64,000 nucleotides of DNA from Tubulanus polymorphus (GCF_964204645.1 NC_134027.1:3132485-3196484); one strand, 5' to 3'. Positions 1 through 13,719 are shown, counted from the stretch's first letter. Notes: a model not told the origin generated them from the sequence alone. Translations and numbers: made by a program.

Positions 1-351
1 ACTAAAAAGATCAGACTGCTTCACTGACTAGTGAATGATGACTGACTGGATGTGGTGTCCTGGCAAAAAAGCCATTGCGGGCTTAACCCCTAGAAGAAGG
101 TCCAATTGGTGCAATCCTGCAATATTCATCATATATTATTCTATTAGAAAACATACCATCACACTGTCTGTTCAAGATGCAAAAAATCACTTCTTGGCGC
201 TTTTCACTTTTGTGAAGAAAATCACACCCCGTTCAAGTTAAAACTTTTGGCCTAGTTCAACGGCAGCATAGGTGCATCCATAAACTTACCCTACCCGCAG
301 GAAAACAGTTACCTTCATAGGGTTTATATGAATCCATAAAATATTTTCCAG

Positions 352-3300
352 AGCTTGCCATGGCCTTAATCGATGCAGCCCATGACAAATCGGAAAAAGT
401 TAGGAATGTCATTAGCTCATCATTGGTTGAACTTGGCAAAAAACAACCAGCCATGGTTCTCAGCTCCTGCCATGCATATATTGCCAAGCATACTAAGGTA
501 GGTCGAGCACATATTCTTCATAAGTGATTTCATTCATCAATTTAGAATGGTGTGAAACGGTCTTTGAATGATGATTACAACATTGCAGGTAGAAATATAT
601 TTCATCGTTACATGATAAGTTTTGTCATTCTAAAAATTCTAACTTTAGCTTGGTCAAGGCCACAGAGTCATTATTCTTTCTACAATGGAGAAAATAATAA
701 AAGAAACTCTTGATGAAATTAAAGAGTCCTTAGCACTGGATATAATCACTTTAGCATCCGATGAGCTTACCAAATCTAAGGTAGATATATTATAGCCCTA
801 TAGCCTGATAATTGTTTTTGAGGCTTATTTTGATGAGTTCTAGCTTCAGCATTATGTTTATTCTATTTTCTTGATTAGGAAGTTGTTCCAGACTGGCAGA
901 CTGCTGCTAGTGGAGTGTTAGTTGCAATGGGTAAAAGGTACATCATTCAGGTCATGGAGGAATTATTAAAGAAACTTGTGCCAGGAACATTACCTCATTT
1001 CTTTGTGATTCAAACGCTTGGAAATTTGGCAACTTCTAACGGTTTGTACTTTAGTTGAGAAGATATACCAGTGTTTATTAGTGAAAAATGAATAGAGGTA
1101 TGAAAGTCAAAGATATTTTTCTATTTCAGTCTATGGAATGGTTCCTTTCATTCGAGTAGTTTTAGGGACTATGCTACCGATGTTAGGCATGGCAAAACTA
1201 GACAACGTGCGCTGGGTCTTTGCAGCAGGTGAAACTTCATTAAGAAAATCATTTGGCTTCCAGTGAAATAAACTATGAAAAATCTTATGATAATCAGTTT
1301 ATGGATATGGTGATAAAACTTAAGGTCGTATGGGACTAGTGAAAATGATTTAAGTTTCTACGTTTTTTCAGCGCTTGGGAAATTTTGTGATGCTATTCTT
1401 GACTATGTAGCTAACATTGAAAATGCACCAGATACGTCAGTGACAAAGGAAAGCTTTTCAGCTGAGATGTATTCAGCATATGATGTGCTTTTTAATGTCT
1501 GGCTGCAGTCAAAAGAACCAAAAGTATATATTTGAACATTCCACTTTCCCCCTGATTATGATAAACGTTGATCATTTATTATCTATACCTTTCGTATTCA
1601 GTTGAGAATAGCTATTGTTGAGACAGTTGGTCATATGGCTCACATAATAACATTGGATAAACTTGAGGAACAGTTGCCCCGACTATTGCCAGGCATCATC
1701 GCACTGTACAAACGAAATCAAGAACCGTACTATGTTACCCAGGTAGATTAACACAATCCAACCGAAATAATACAAATAGAGTGAAATTTTAGTAGTTCAT
1801 TTGTGAATTCGTTTTGATTGTGTAGGGATTATGCTACGTGTTGGACGCCGCTACAAGAGATGGATGTAAGATGCTTGAAATTCATTTGGACAATTTACTG
1901 AATAATCTTTTCCCACAAGTAGGATTTTATTTTATTTTGTCCTGATTGTTGAGAATTAGGTAAAATACAGTTAACGACCTGTAGATATTGACTTGCTTAA
2001 TTTTTCTAAGGTTTGCCACAGTCCAGATTATTCCAATCCATATACTATAAAAAACCACAATGAACTTCTGCGCTGCTTCGCTGTTTTAAGTAAGTATCCA
2101 TCTCTAGATGAACCAACTTTATACAATATGAATGTTCATAGATGTTTTTTGGTGTTTTAGCTCGATCATTTTCTGATAGATTGGTGGGTTTCCTACTACA
2201 AAAATTAGAGAACAACAATGAAAAGATAAGAGTTGGAGCTTTGTCCATATTCAGACATATAGTCAATGCAGCAGATGATCACATGGAAAACAAACAGTCT
2301 CTTGTCGTTAGTGGACTAAAGATAATGCTGAATGAAACGAACAACAAGGTGAATGGACATTTTTCATTGAAGAACTAATATATTATCGATGGTGATTAAT
2401 ATATCATGAACGTGTTTTTTTGTAAAGGTCAAAAAGTCATTTGCTCAAGTAATTATTGCAATGGCTGATCATGGCTACCTTGAACTAGAGGGTGGAGAGT
2501 TGATGGTTGAGTTTATCATACGACAATGCGCGCTACCAGCAGACAGCCAGGTTAGTTGCCAGATCTACTCAAAAAGCTGTTTCTGTGTTCTAGAAAGTCT
2601 GGTATTTAGTTATCAATTTTTGATTTTAGTCTAGGCGACCGACTGATGCGGAATATGTGAGCAATGATGCTCTTCGTAGCATGTGTGGAAACATATTGCA
2701 GTTAGCAACAACTACTGTTGAGAAAATGGAAGCAGTAAGAATTATTTCATCTTCTGTATGCAATTGTATAGCTATTTAGTTACCGTATACATGTTAGTTA
2801 ATGAAAAGCATATTTTTTATATCAGGTACTTTGGCCTTATTTACTTGAATTCATTGTACCTGACCAATATGTTGAAGCTCTGGGATCGGTTTGCAAATGC
2901 ATTGCTCACCTTGCTGGTAAAAAGAGGGAGGAAAATGCTGATGATTACATGATCGTCTACGATGAACAAGGTATGGTGATTTTAGAATCTGTAATTATTT
3001 CGGATAAAAATTATTGTTCCAATCGCATTCTGTTATAAATATTAATCATTGCAGTAAATGTTCCCAAGCCAACAGCACTAATAGCGAGACTCTTTGTAAG
3101 TTTTCACTGAAATTGAATGCAAGCTTATTTATTTGTCCATCATGAATTTTGACATGAAAGCATTTCAAATTAGATCAAATAAACTGATTACAGGTATACT
3201 GTATAGACTGATTGTGTATTTGTACATGTAGGTACTGGCTGGCTTACCTAAGAATGGGCAGAACAGAGGTGTACACGTGCTCAATGCCATGAAAGCGTTA

Positions 3301-6300
3301 TCACCAACTCTACATGAAAATCTTGTGAACCTCTGGGATACCGTCATACCAAAACTCATTCAGTTCCTTGAAGGTATTGTCCCCTTATTGAATATCTCAT
3401 TGAGAATGCTACACGAATTGATGCACTGATCCTAATACATGTACATGCATGTATGACATCATGACTCATAAACAAATGAATGATTTTCAGTTGCCGGTTT
3501 GACCAAGAAATTTCAGCAATATGGTAAACATACATGTACATTAATATGTAGCCTAGTGAATGAATATGGGAGATCTTTTGTGGAAGGAGGGAATTTTCTT
3601 TTATTGGATTTTTGTTGTACTTTTCACCCATTAGTGATGTTGTTTCATCTGCTACTTTTTGAACATTTTTCACTTTACTTCATATTCATATGGATAACAG
3701 AATATGTTGTTCATCACAAATTTCAGTACTTCATGTATATTTACAGAAATTACAAAAAAGGTTACAGAATTATGGCTCTGTTATTCAACTCTGTCTTAGA
3801 TTTCCAAGATTGAATAATCAGAAAATGTTATATATTTCTATGTACATGATATATTCTAGATTCGATTGAAGATGATAAGAAATGGTCACAGAAAAGTTGG
3901 GAAGACCTGCTACTGAAGGTTTGTTACTAGTCCCTTCACAGTTTTATCGTGTTACGCCCAAACTTTTATCAAATTTGAATACAAATCATTGTCCAATTTC
4001 AAGATGTTGTCAAAAAGCCTCGACGAAGTAGAGTATGAGGACTGGATTTGTGAACTTGGTGAAGATATGAAACAACAATTGAGCTTGTACCATTCACTTC
4101 CTGAAGAGAAGGTACGATATGATTAGTTTATGCTTACAGTTTTCTTTTGCATCAGAATTCTTAATCTTCCATTGTACATTTCAGAATTTTCTGTACAAGT
4201 CTCTTGGCATTGTGATGAGGAAAACGACTAAGAAGGATTTTGTTACCAATTCTTTGGATGTCATATTCGGGACAGTAAAACATACCGAACAACTGGAAAG
4301 AGAAGTATTTATCTATTGAAAACCTGTTGCACGATGCTTGGTTCGATATGTGATGATATTGTTATTATGAAATTTTCAGGGTTGTGCCATTGCTCTTGGA
4401 TTCTGTGCATCTTCACATCTAGACACAGTGCTCACAAAACTGGAAATGATGTCCAAAACAGACAGCAATCGGAAAACAAGTTTCCTAAAAATATTCACGG
4501 TACAATTTCTTGTTGAAATCCTTGAACATTATTTGAACATCAAGTTTAATTGAGGTACTATATGTTGAAAAACGTTTTGAATCTTTTGCTGTAGGATAAG
4601 TCTGAAGGACCGAATGAGCAAATGAAAGCCACTTTGATGTTATGTTATGGCTATGTGACATTGTACGGACCTCCTTCATTGATAGTGTCACGAATTGAGG
4701 CATCGATACTCAGAACTATTGATCCTCAATTTACTTCAGTGAAAGTGAGTCATTTATTTCTGTAAAACACATTGAACTTGTAATGTTTGTTATAACAAGT
4801 GTGAACATGTATGTAAATTTATTTCCAGGATTCCTGTGTGAAACAAAACTTGATTCGTGCCGTGGAACTGATTGCTAAAGCATTACACCCTTCACATCTG
4901 CAGATGGCGCATAACTTCACGAAAAAATCCGATCTATTGACATATCTCGAGAATTACCTGAAGGCTGAGAGTTTATCTGTTCTGAATAGTGAAACGCGTG
5001 CTTTGTGTTTGAGTGCTGCTGCTTCGTTAGTGTATCTTTATACATTTTAGTATTGATAATGTCTCCCTGGTGGGGAAAGAAATCTTATTTTAGTCAGTGT
5101 GCACTGATAGCACAGTACAGCCTGTGATTCTTGATGATTTCACTAAACTTCGTGCAAGGATTGGGACAGGCGAGATGCCCACCCCCCCCCCCCTATCGAA
5201 AATGCAGGCTATTCCACCATTTACTATGGCAACCGGAGGCAGTTGATGGACAATTAACCAAATTTTGTAGTTTTCTGTGGGGTCACATAGGTGGCTAATG
5301 CCACATTTAAGTACTGAACTCTTACCTATTCATATTGCATATGGTAAATCGATATTTTTCTTCACTGCTGACCTAAGTAAACTAGACCCTAAATTGAGTG
5401 AAGCAGATGTATTTACCCTTGTTAAAGTAGCCATGGATAGCGTGTATGGTTTGCCGTGCCCTGGTGTATCGGGCAAGAAATCAAAAGAAGAATCATATGA
5501 AACCCTGGTTGAAAAAGAGGTGCTGTGCAAAACCAAATACAATCTTGCTACTGTCTAAATTTCATTTTCAATTACTTGTATATTTTGTATATCTGTATAT
5601 TTTAGGCTCTTTTGGAAGTGATTCTAGATTCATTAAATGACATGTTGAATGAGATTCTAATGAAAGATTTAAATCCTGAAGGGTTTGAAAGTATATTTAA
5701 GGTAAAAAAAACTATTACTGTTAGTTTAAGGGTTTTAGTCAGAGGAACTCACTCTGTCAGTTCATTTAGAGGCTTTTACTCATTTTGATTTGACATTAAT
5801 ATCTCACAAATACTGCTGCTTTTGAAGCATGTTGTTCCATGGATGGTATCGGTCAGTGACCATGAAAGGCAACGTGCTGTGCTCACAACTTTGTCCATGT
5901 TAACCTGCTACCAGAATAAAATGCAACTTGGAATGGGGGTAAGTAAACCACATAGCAGTCTAGTTTATATAGCTACTGTCGCTATATTTCTTATGAGATA
6001 TCATATTGCCATTTTTAGCAACCGGACATGATGTCAAATGCTGGATCCGTGTTGGGTTATCTTGTGCCGAGATGCACCGACCCAGATTTACTTGTTCGAC
6101 AAACTTCAATTGACTGTGTTCAAATTGTGCTGAAAATAATCCTCAAATATGAAGGTAAAAAACATTCGAAAAATTGATATTGAACTTTCTTTTGCTTGAT
6201 GTTAAATGTTCTTTTTTAAGGTCACAGTGACGATCATCATGACAAAATGGTTGATGCCTTACCTACATTAAAGGACCGTCTCAAGAAAGGAGATTCAAAT

Positions 6301-9300
6301 GTATTGTATAGTGTTATTAATGATTTATCAAAGGTATTATTAAAATTCATCTAAGTTTCATTTCATACATTTTACAAAATATGAACAGATGAATCAATGT
6401 GTGTACATTGAATTTTAGGTTTTCACGAAAAAAGTTCCACCTGGTCAACTGATTCAATTTTGTGATCGCCTTTGTGACGGACTGCTTGATGCGCAATCGC
6501 ACAGTTCATCTGGAGTGTGCGTAGTACTGAATAATGTTGCCAAGTCTCGCGGTGGTGAATTCCATCATGATGTAAGGTTTTGTGCCAATTACTTGTGATT
6601 TTCAACGAAATGTACCTCACTGGATTTTAATCTGATAATGCTGCATTTTATCTCAGGTCGAAAGAATATTAGGTGTTCTGCAAAAGCAGCTAAAAGAGAT
6701 ATCATTCCCGCAAACAAGAACCGGTACATTGAGGTGTATTCGAATATTTGCTACCAATCATCTGAACACTACTCTGTCAACATTTCTGAACTACAATTTG
6801 CCGTACGATGAGTAAGTTATCACAATTATGAAATAAATATTTTGTATGTACATGAAGTTCCAGTAGGTATTACCGGTAAGCAGAATTGGTATTCGATTGC
6901 TATTTCATTGTCTAGGGATATGGGTGATAGCTGGAAAATGATTGCTCAGGATCCACAGTTAGCTCAGAACATTATAGATTTTATGTTAGACATGTTGAGT
7001 AGAAGTTTACCGTATGAAGAGAAACCTGATCCGAAAGACAAAAAGAAAACAATTCGAGTGGCAATGCCTCACCCTTTGGCAGTAAGTAGATTCATTAGTG
7101 AAATTATTTGTGGTTCAGCAGTTCAACGCTAGTTACTCTTCTTTGTCGTTTAGATCGCATGTGCATTGGGGGAAATGTTCAAAGTTGAAGAAATGAAGGA
7201 AGTTATGAGAGAGAATTTCCATCGATTGTTAGCAGCAATAATGATATTGATGGCCTCGATGGTTGGAACAAAACCTCCAAAACCAAAGGTAAACATTAAC
7301 CGAGTCAATTGATATAGATTTTAGTAAAACTTTTACACAAACTAAGATACTTGGTGTATATGATGTGCATGTAGGAAGAACCAAAGGACAATGAAACCAA
7401 GTCGAAAGATAAGAAAGACAAAAAGAGTAAGAAACCACCAGTGTCACCGTCGAAAGATGCACAAATAGAGCCTTGTAGGTGAGGTTTATACCGTAGCTGT
7501 ATCGTATAAAAGTTTAAGGTTTAGGTAACTAACAATTAGTGATAGAATAGTGAGTAAATCATCGTGAATTCATTATACTTATTACAGCGAGGTAGTCGCA
7601 ACCTTCCAAACATTCCTCATGAATGCTAACTGTGAAGGAATAATGGAATTACTGGAGGGTGAGGAAGCTTGGAAAAAATTCGAAGATGAAGAAACATATC
7701 CTGAAGCATTTGGACTGCTCGCAAAGTACGTGGAGTAACAATCGATCCTTTTCAGAAATAAACAGTTCAGTCAAATGTCATATACAGTGAAAGTCTGTTA
7801 TAACGCTGCCATCGTTTTTAATGCCACTTAACTTTTTCAGAGAACGAATTTGCTCATTCTTAGCTCAAATGCAATGAAAATACCATTCTTTATAACGCGA
7901 AATTATGTTATAATTCCATATTTTTCATTGATCCCAACTGTAACTGTTTTCACAGGGGTGTAGCTGGTCATGAGTCACAGAACATGACGAAGATAGTTGC
8001 AAGTTTGAACGTTGTTTTATCAAGCTTGTACGATCCTCAAAGGATTGCAGTCGCTGCTTTCTTTGCAGAGGTGAGCGAAATGAAAATGAACTCAGCGCTA
8101 TCAGTTTACATCGTACGAATATAGAAAGTTTGAATATGATATTTTTTCAGCTTGTTAATCAACGTTGTAGCGGAGACATGACGCTAGTTGAGTTATTGGT
8201 GAACAGCTTACTGGGTCGATTAGTTGATAACAACTATGTGGTCAGGAAGATGTGCATTCGTGGTATGGGGAATGTGGCCAGCGTTGGAAGCGAACAGGTA
8301 GGTTAACTATATCTAGCTGATTATCTCAGCTTTTAGGCTAAAAAAAATTGATACCTTGTTTCTCCGCTCTGCTGAGCTTAAATGTTGACCCGGCCGGCCG
8401 CCTATCTACCCTATACATTACTTTTTTAAAAATCGTGATCAATTTTACCATAACAGACCCGGCCGCTATAGAAATGAACTGTTTACAAATTTTATGATAT
8501 TTTACAAAAATGACCCGGCCGCTGCGGAGAAACAAGGTATCATTTTTGTTTAGCCTTAGTGAAATGTATGTGTTTATGTACACACAGATGTAAATAATCC
8601 CAAAATTTTCACCTGGATTGTTAACTGCTAAAAGATAAAGATACATTATTGCAGATAATCGAAAGACGAGGAGTGGTAAATTGTTTAGTTTATCTATAGT
8701 AAACCTGTTTACTCTGAATCAGCTTGATAATAATAATAATGATAATAAAGTCTTTGTTTCGTAAAAAAGATACAAGGTGAGGAGAGAAAAAAGAAAATAC
8801 AAAAATTCGTATTTACAATTTGAATGATTCGAGGACATAGATTCAATTGGCGATCATTGGTGATCATAATCTATTTTGTGAGAAGTTACAGGTTAAGCAG
8901 GTTTTACTGTATTCATACATAGATTTTGGTGTCTTGATATCGTAAATGAGTAGAGAAGATATTCTAATAGTTCTTGAGAGAGTTCTTCATTAATGACGGT
9001 TACCAGTATAAAACATGAAGAGTTGTATAGGAGCCGTGTTTGTTAACCTGGTGTCAAATCAGTAAACATGAAGACAGATTGTACTGTAGATTTCCTCATA
9101 CCGGCCGAATATACTAGAACCAAACGTTCATCTTCAAAATATGAACTTATCCTACACAGAACTGTCTGTCTTTACATTTACTTATAGTATATAACATATT
9201 CATGCACATACTTGGTACATTCTTCACAAATAACATATAATTTAACTTTTAAACGTTAGCTATTGCAGTGGTTGCATGATTTACCCATGTTAGGACTTGC

Positions 9301-10701
9301 GGGTCTTTATTAAATGTCAGATATAGGAAATAGCTCTCTGTTCCTCTTGATGCGAGACTGACGGCGAGACTAATATATATTCACCTTTTTACAGGTGCAG
9401 AAGTTTTCGACGACTGTACTGTCAGCAATGATGGCAGGTATGGATGATAAGGAAGATCCGGAAGATGATATTACTCTCGAAGCCATGAGTGGACTATCTA
9501 AAATACTTGCTGAGATTGATGAAGCAAACATTCGAGCCATTTTGATCAATATTGCATTGAGAATACGGCCCTGTTTTGAAAAGGTGAGTTTTTAAAAAGA
9601 AAACCTCCGTAATTTACAACATTGATGTTGTACATGTATATTAAATCAACATTGTTAACCTCTTTGAATAGGACAAGGCTTCTGTCAGGGCTGCTGCCTT
9701 TACTTTATTTGGCAATTTATCCCGATTTGGAGATGGACCGTCGAAAGCACCTTTCCTTGAACAAACACATTCCAATCTAGTCAGTCTGCTAATGCATCTG
9801 AATGATCCAGATTCAGATGTTGTGAAGGTATTAAATAACTAATAATCAATACAGTGGAACCTCAAAGTATTTTACTGAGTGAACTTATTTCTTACCGGTA
9901 TCTAATTTTTCAGTCTTGTAAATATGCACTTCGCCTACTGGGCCCGCTGATGGGATCTGATGACTTGAATAACATGTTCCAGAAGTTTTTACTGGATGAA
10001 GGACATCTTCACTATGGAGAATTTATAAACGACCTTGTGAAAGTTTTGGTAAGAAATCAAAATAGAGGAAGAGAAAGTTATTCTTATGAAGTTATTCTAC
10101 TCTTAGAAGGCACGTTTTGATTCGTAGAGGAGCCATGTTAAGGGAGCATTCATAAATTACGTACCTCCATTGGGGGCGAGGGGGGTTACTGAATTTTGAG
10201 GTACGTAATTTGTGAACGCTCCCTAACGTTGTGTAGAATGAACACGAGACGAATAGTACTTCATAGGTTCACTTGATTATTATACGCTCAAGCTTTCGCT
10301 ACTAATGAATAGTAGCTTCATCAGGCGAATGGAGCATGTGTAATGTAAAGTTCTGTTATTTCAGATTCACGATTTTCCCGATAAGATCAACTTCTACGTG
10401 ATGGGAGGAGTTGCATTTTTCAAGAGCATGTGGTCGGAAATCAGAAGCAATGCCGGTTTATTTGTCGGTTTCTTACTCGGTAATTTGCCGAAAGAAAAAC
10501 ATGCCAACGTTTCTAAAGAGCATGTTTGTGGAGGTAAACTTCAACAATTCATCGTGCATTTTATTAAACATTGGTTTCATTTCTTATACTTTTATGAATA
10601 TACGTGTATCCCTTTTAGCTCTCGTATTGCTGTTGAAAGATGAAGATGCAGACACACGCTGTAAAGCAGCAGAAGCAATGAGCCTCCTTCATGATTATTA
10701 A
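352..10701 (+). CDS. MROH1: Maestro heat-like repeat-containing protein family member 1 (HEAT-repeat protein); more than 40 exons; first coding exon probably upstream of the window
   Basis: Manually spliced GT-AG exons read ELAMALIDAAHDKSEKVRNVISSSLVELGKKQP (352-497), EVVPDWQTAASGVLVAMG, AYDVLFNVWLQSKEPK, EEQLPRLLPGIIALYK, IAMADHGYLELEGGELMVEFIIRQCALP and end CKAAEAMSLLHDY-TAA (10701). These are collinear with recalled human MROH1 motifs (DWQQAASGVLVAVG, AYDVLFHQWLQSREAK, AMAHHGYLEQPGGE). Confidence 0.92.
5032..5377 (+). other. Probable U12-type (minor spliceosome) GT-AG intron in MROH1
   Basis: Donor GTATCTTT at 5032 (U12 consensus RTATCCTT). Branch-like TTTCTTCAC about 12 nt before the AG at 5376-5377, with no polypyrimidine tract adjoining the AG. 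This junction keeps the frame (SL-V-KLDPK). Confidence 0.6.
8336..8555. mobile_element. MITE, PIF/Harbinger (Tourist)-like
   Basis: About 32-bp imperfect TIR GGCTAAAAAAAATTGATACCTTGTTTCTCCGC / GCGGAGAAACAAGGTATCATTTTTGTTTAGCC, flanked by TTA on both sides (3-bp TSD). Confidence 0.8.
10142..10223. mobile_element. Short MITE, PIF/Harbinger-like
   Basis: TIR GGGAGCATTCATAAATTACGTACCTC / GAGGTACGTAATTTGTGAACGCTCCC with TAA on both flanks. Confidence 0.8.
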
Positions 10702-11916
10702 CTAGGAAAGAGATTCACTCGAGAGATTATGCAATTTTACGCATGTTTCAGATGACCTGTCCTTATATGCACTTCTGGATTATTGAGTTGTATGTAGCAG
10801 AAGATAAAATAGGTGTTATACAAGTTTTCACACTACAGAAGTAGTGAGCTTCCTTTGATAATGAGAATTGTGGCTCAGTTTCACAAAAAGCTTTCAAATT
10901 TTTTGTTTGGTTCTGGAAATCATAGAATTTGACCGTAGTTCTATGGGAAAATGAAATGTTTTTCATGAGGAGAGGTCTAATACTTAACTGTTTAGGCTTT
11001 CAATGAAATCTAAGAATGTACAACTAACTTGTGTTAGATTAATTACCTAATGCATATTCGAATGGTGCTACATGTGTTGCTTATTGTTGAATCAAACTAG
11101 TAAGACTTGATTATTCCAGCCAGAGATAGGCTAACAAATACGCTGTGTTTGATTATTAAGAGTAATTATAGATTCTAATCTTAATTGTTATTGTCTTAGC
11201 TTATGTTCATGTTATGTAAATGTATTATATCGATGATTGCTTGACTTTAAAGCTATTTTGTGATAATTCGTCGATTCTAAAAATAAATAACGAACGTTTC
11301 CATCATTTCGATTCTAAAAATTGAAAACTCATACCTCTCAATTTAATGAAAAGTTATATCGAATTTGTATTTAAACAATGATACATCAGTTTTCAGTATT
11401 CAGATATCTCTCGTTAGATTATCATACATAATATATACATATATTGATACAAATACAAATTTGTTGAAAATTATAATGATGAATGAAATATCAGTTGAAC
11501 CAAAAGTTGGTTCGATAACCCAAACTTGGGGCAAGTTTCATAGATGTGGGGGAAAGATAACACTTGGAAACATTGAATTTATCCTAAACAGTTTTCTCCA
11601 TAGGCTGGAATTTTGAAAGGGCTGCATTCATTAGATGTATGTCGTTATTGTGGCTGCTGAAGAAGCAAGGCTTTTGATCCCCAAAAACGAAAATTGAGCT
11701 GAATTTTAGTGTTTCTATAAGGGATGGCTGATTTTCAGAGGGGTGGATGTAAAATGAAAGGGGTGGCCGCTCCTCTGAAACCTGTAGTGCAGAACAGTGT
11801 CAAGGGTCGCTTTCATACCCAGTCTATGAAACCTACAAACCACAGAAAAACATGATTATAAAATTAAATGCTTCTTTTCAATCCTTAAATAGGAAAACAA
11901 ATAAATTGTTTCATAA

Positions 11917-12783
11917 TTATTCCGGTGTTGTTAGTCCAAGTAATTTACGAGTATCTTCCGAATCGGATTTCAGCACATCGGACGCGTATCGTTCTAACAA
12001 TTCCATCTTTTTTCGTCGCACCAACGCTTCTTCGACATCTTTTTGCGATGGCACGGGAACATGCGCGATAAAGTTCGTCTCAACCTCCTCAGTCTCCATG
12101 GCAACAGGTTCCCCATCGGTTTCTTTTACGGCATCGACTGCGTATATATCGTCATCATCATCCTCGTTTTTCTCTTCGGAAACTGGCGCCACCTGGTCGG
12201 ATTCTTTCTTCGCCTTCCATTTAGCGACGAGATTTGCGACAACCTCTTTTTCCATTTGTTTCTCTAACGGAATCAGAACTCCGTCTTCTTCATCTCTATA
12301 ACCGTAATAATCGGCGCTGACTTCTTTCATCAGTTCCGATCTCGTTTTACGAGGTGCCGGAGGCGGCGCTTGTTCGAACAGTTCTCTCACTCCCGGGAGA
12401 TCTTTCGCGGCCCCGAAATATTTATAACCGCGATTGCCGGGAACTTCTCTTCCCTCAGAATCGAGCATTTTTGGCCCGATCCTCTTATAGTTCGGACCGT
12501 GAAGTTCGATAATTCGATCTTCCCAGTGTCTTTTCTCGCGTAATAATTTATTGATCTCGTCGTTGAGATCGCGTAATTTGAATTCTCCTAAACCGGCGTT
12601 TTGAATTTGAGCGACTTTTCTCGAAATTTCTCCGATTATTTGTCGCCGCCATTTCTCGCATTGCGTAAGATCATCGCATTCCGATGCGAGATACGGCCGT
12701 CTCGTTTGTTCGTTCACTTTGTCTATATGAGCCGCACGCCAACGCGCGAGCGTCGTCATCGCTTTCTCTGAATTTCTTGCCAT
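11917..12783 (-). CDS. ISY1: Pre-mRNA-splicing factor ISY1 (NineTeen complex); intronless; 288 aa
   Basis: Single ORF with the hallmark N-terminus MARNSEKAMTTLARWR, plus QIQNAGLGEFKLRDLNDEINKLLREK and GYKYFGAAKDLPGVRELF. Confidence 0.97.
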   Translation of the reverse strand: MARNSEKAMTTLARWRAAHIDKVNEQTRRPYLASECDDLTQCEKWRRQIIGEISRKVAQIQNAGLGEFKLRDLNDEINKLLREKRHWEDRIIELHGPNYKRIGPKMLDSEGREVPGNRGYKYFGAAKDLPGVRELFEQAPPPAPRKTRSELMKEVSADYYGYRDEEDGVLIPLEKQMEKEVVANLVAKWKAKKESDQVAPVSEEKNEDDDDDIYAVDAVKETDGEPVAMETEEVETNFIAHVPVPSQKDVEEALVRRKKMELLERYASDVLKSDSEDTRKLLGLTTPE

Positions 12784-13719
12784 TTTGTTTTTAGTTTTGT
12801 TTCGTTATAAATCCATGAAACGCACCGAGTTTAAAATCTACAAAATAAAAGAAGACAAACATCACAATGAAATACAGCGCTAAAAATGGAGTTAATTTCC
12901 AACCGCCTACATCTCGGGAAAATAAGGTCTTTTCTGAATGTTGGTTTTTTGTTAAAAAAATGTTTAATTTAGTCTTGACTTTTAACAAGAAGCGGCTGTT
13001 ACACTTTGGTCCTTATCTATCATATACACACACTTCAATCACTCCCTATTTTTGATTAATGATTATTTTGGCTTTGTGTAAACTGGGGATTTAGGACGTA
13101 CCGGTACCAAATTGCTTTCTCACAAATCGAAATCTACTACGTTCAGATCACGGCGGTGTAGCCCGTAAAGTGCTGCCACTTGGTCAAACTTGGGAAACAG
13201 TAAAGTACGGAAGTGGATAAGGAATACAACCCACGAATAAAGGCATTTGTAACCACAGCATCATTGGCAAATTTCTCACGGAGCTTAGACATGACAAAAA
13301 AAACTTACTGATGAGAAGGAGGCAGCTGTGTTCAACCATTACTACCCTATTCAAGCGAGATCGCTGATTTTTACACCGTTCTTTCCATGATCCAAATCCA
13401 CTTCCGTATTTTAGTCAATACCCTCATTACCCTAATAATACGTCACGTGACTATAGACAATGACAGATTTTGAGTATTCATCGATCAAAACGTTAGAATA
13501 TGTCACAAAATGACTGTTTCGAGAACTAGGTTTGAGCTGAATTGAGAGGATGCTTGCGCTGATGTATCGCGCTAGCGTCGATTAAAGTTGGGACTCTCGT
13601 GTTTCAGGAAATTGTGCCTTGTTTAAATGTTGAGAGACCGTGAAAAAATTAAAAATTCAATCAGAATCAATGCAATTAAATTTTAGTATCCAATACTGAG
13701 TGTACCTAAAATTATCGCG
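12784..13719. promoter_or_regulatory. Candidate bidirectional promoter region between divergent ISY1 and CTTNBP2
   Basis: About 0.94 kb between divergent start codons. Palindromic E-box/CLEAR-type GTCACGTGAC at 13442-13451. ETS-like CGGAAGTG cores lie inside an inverted repeat at 13201-13218 and 13396-13413. Confidence 0.5.

Noticed and set aside
11852-12301. 149-aa plus-strand ORF overlapping ISY1
   Set aside because: Antisense shadow of the ISY1 coding sequence with Ser/Phe-rich, non-protein-like composition.
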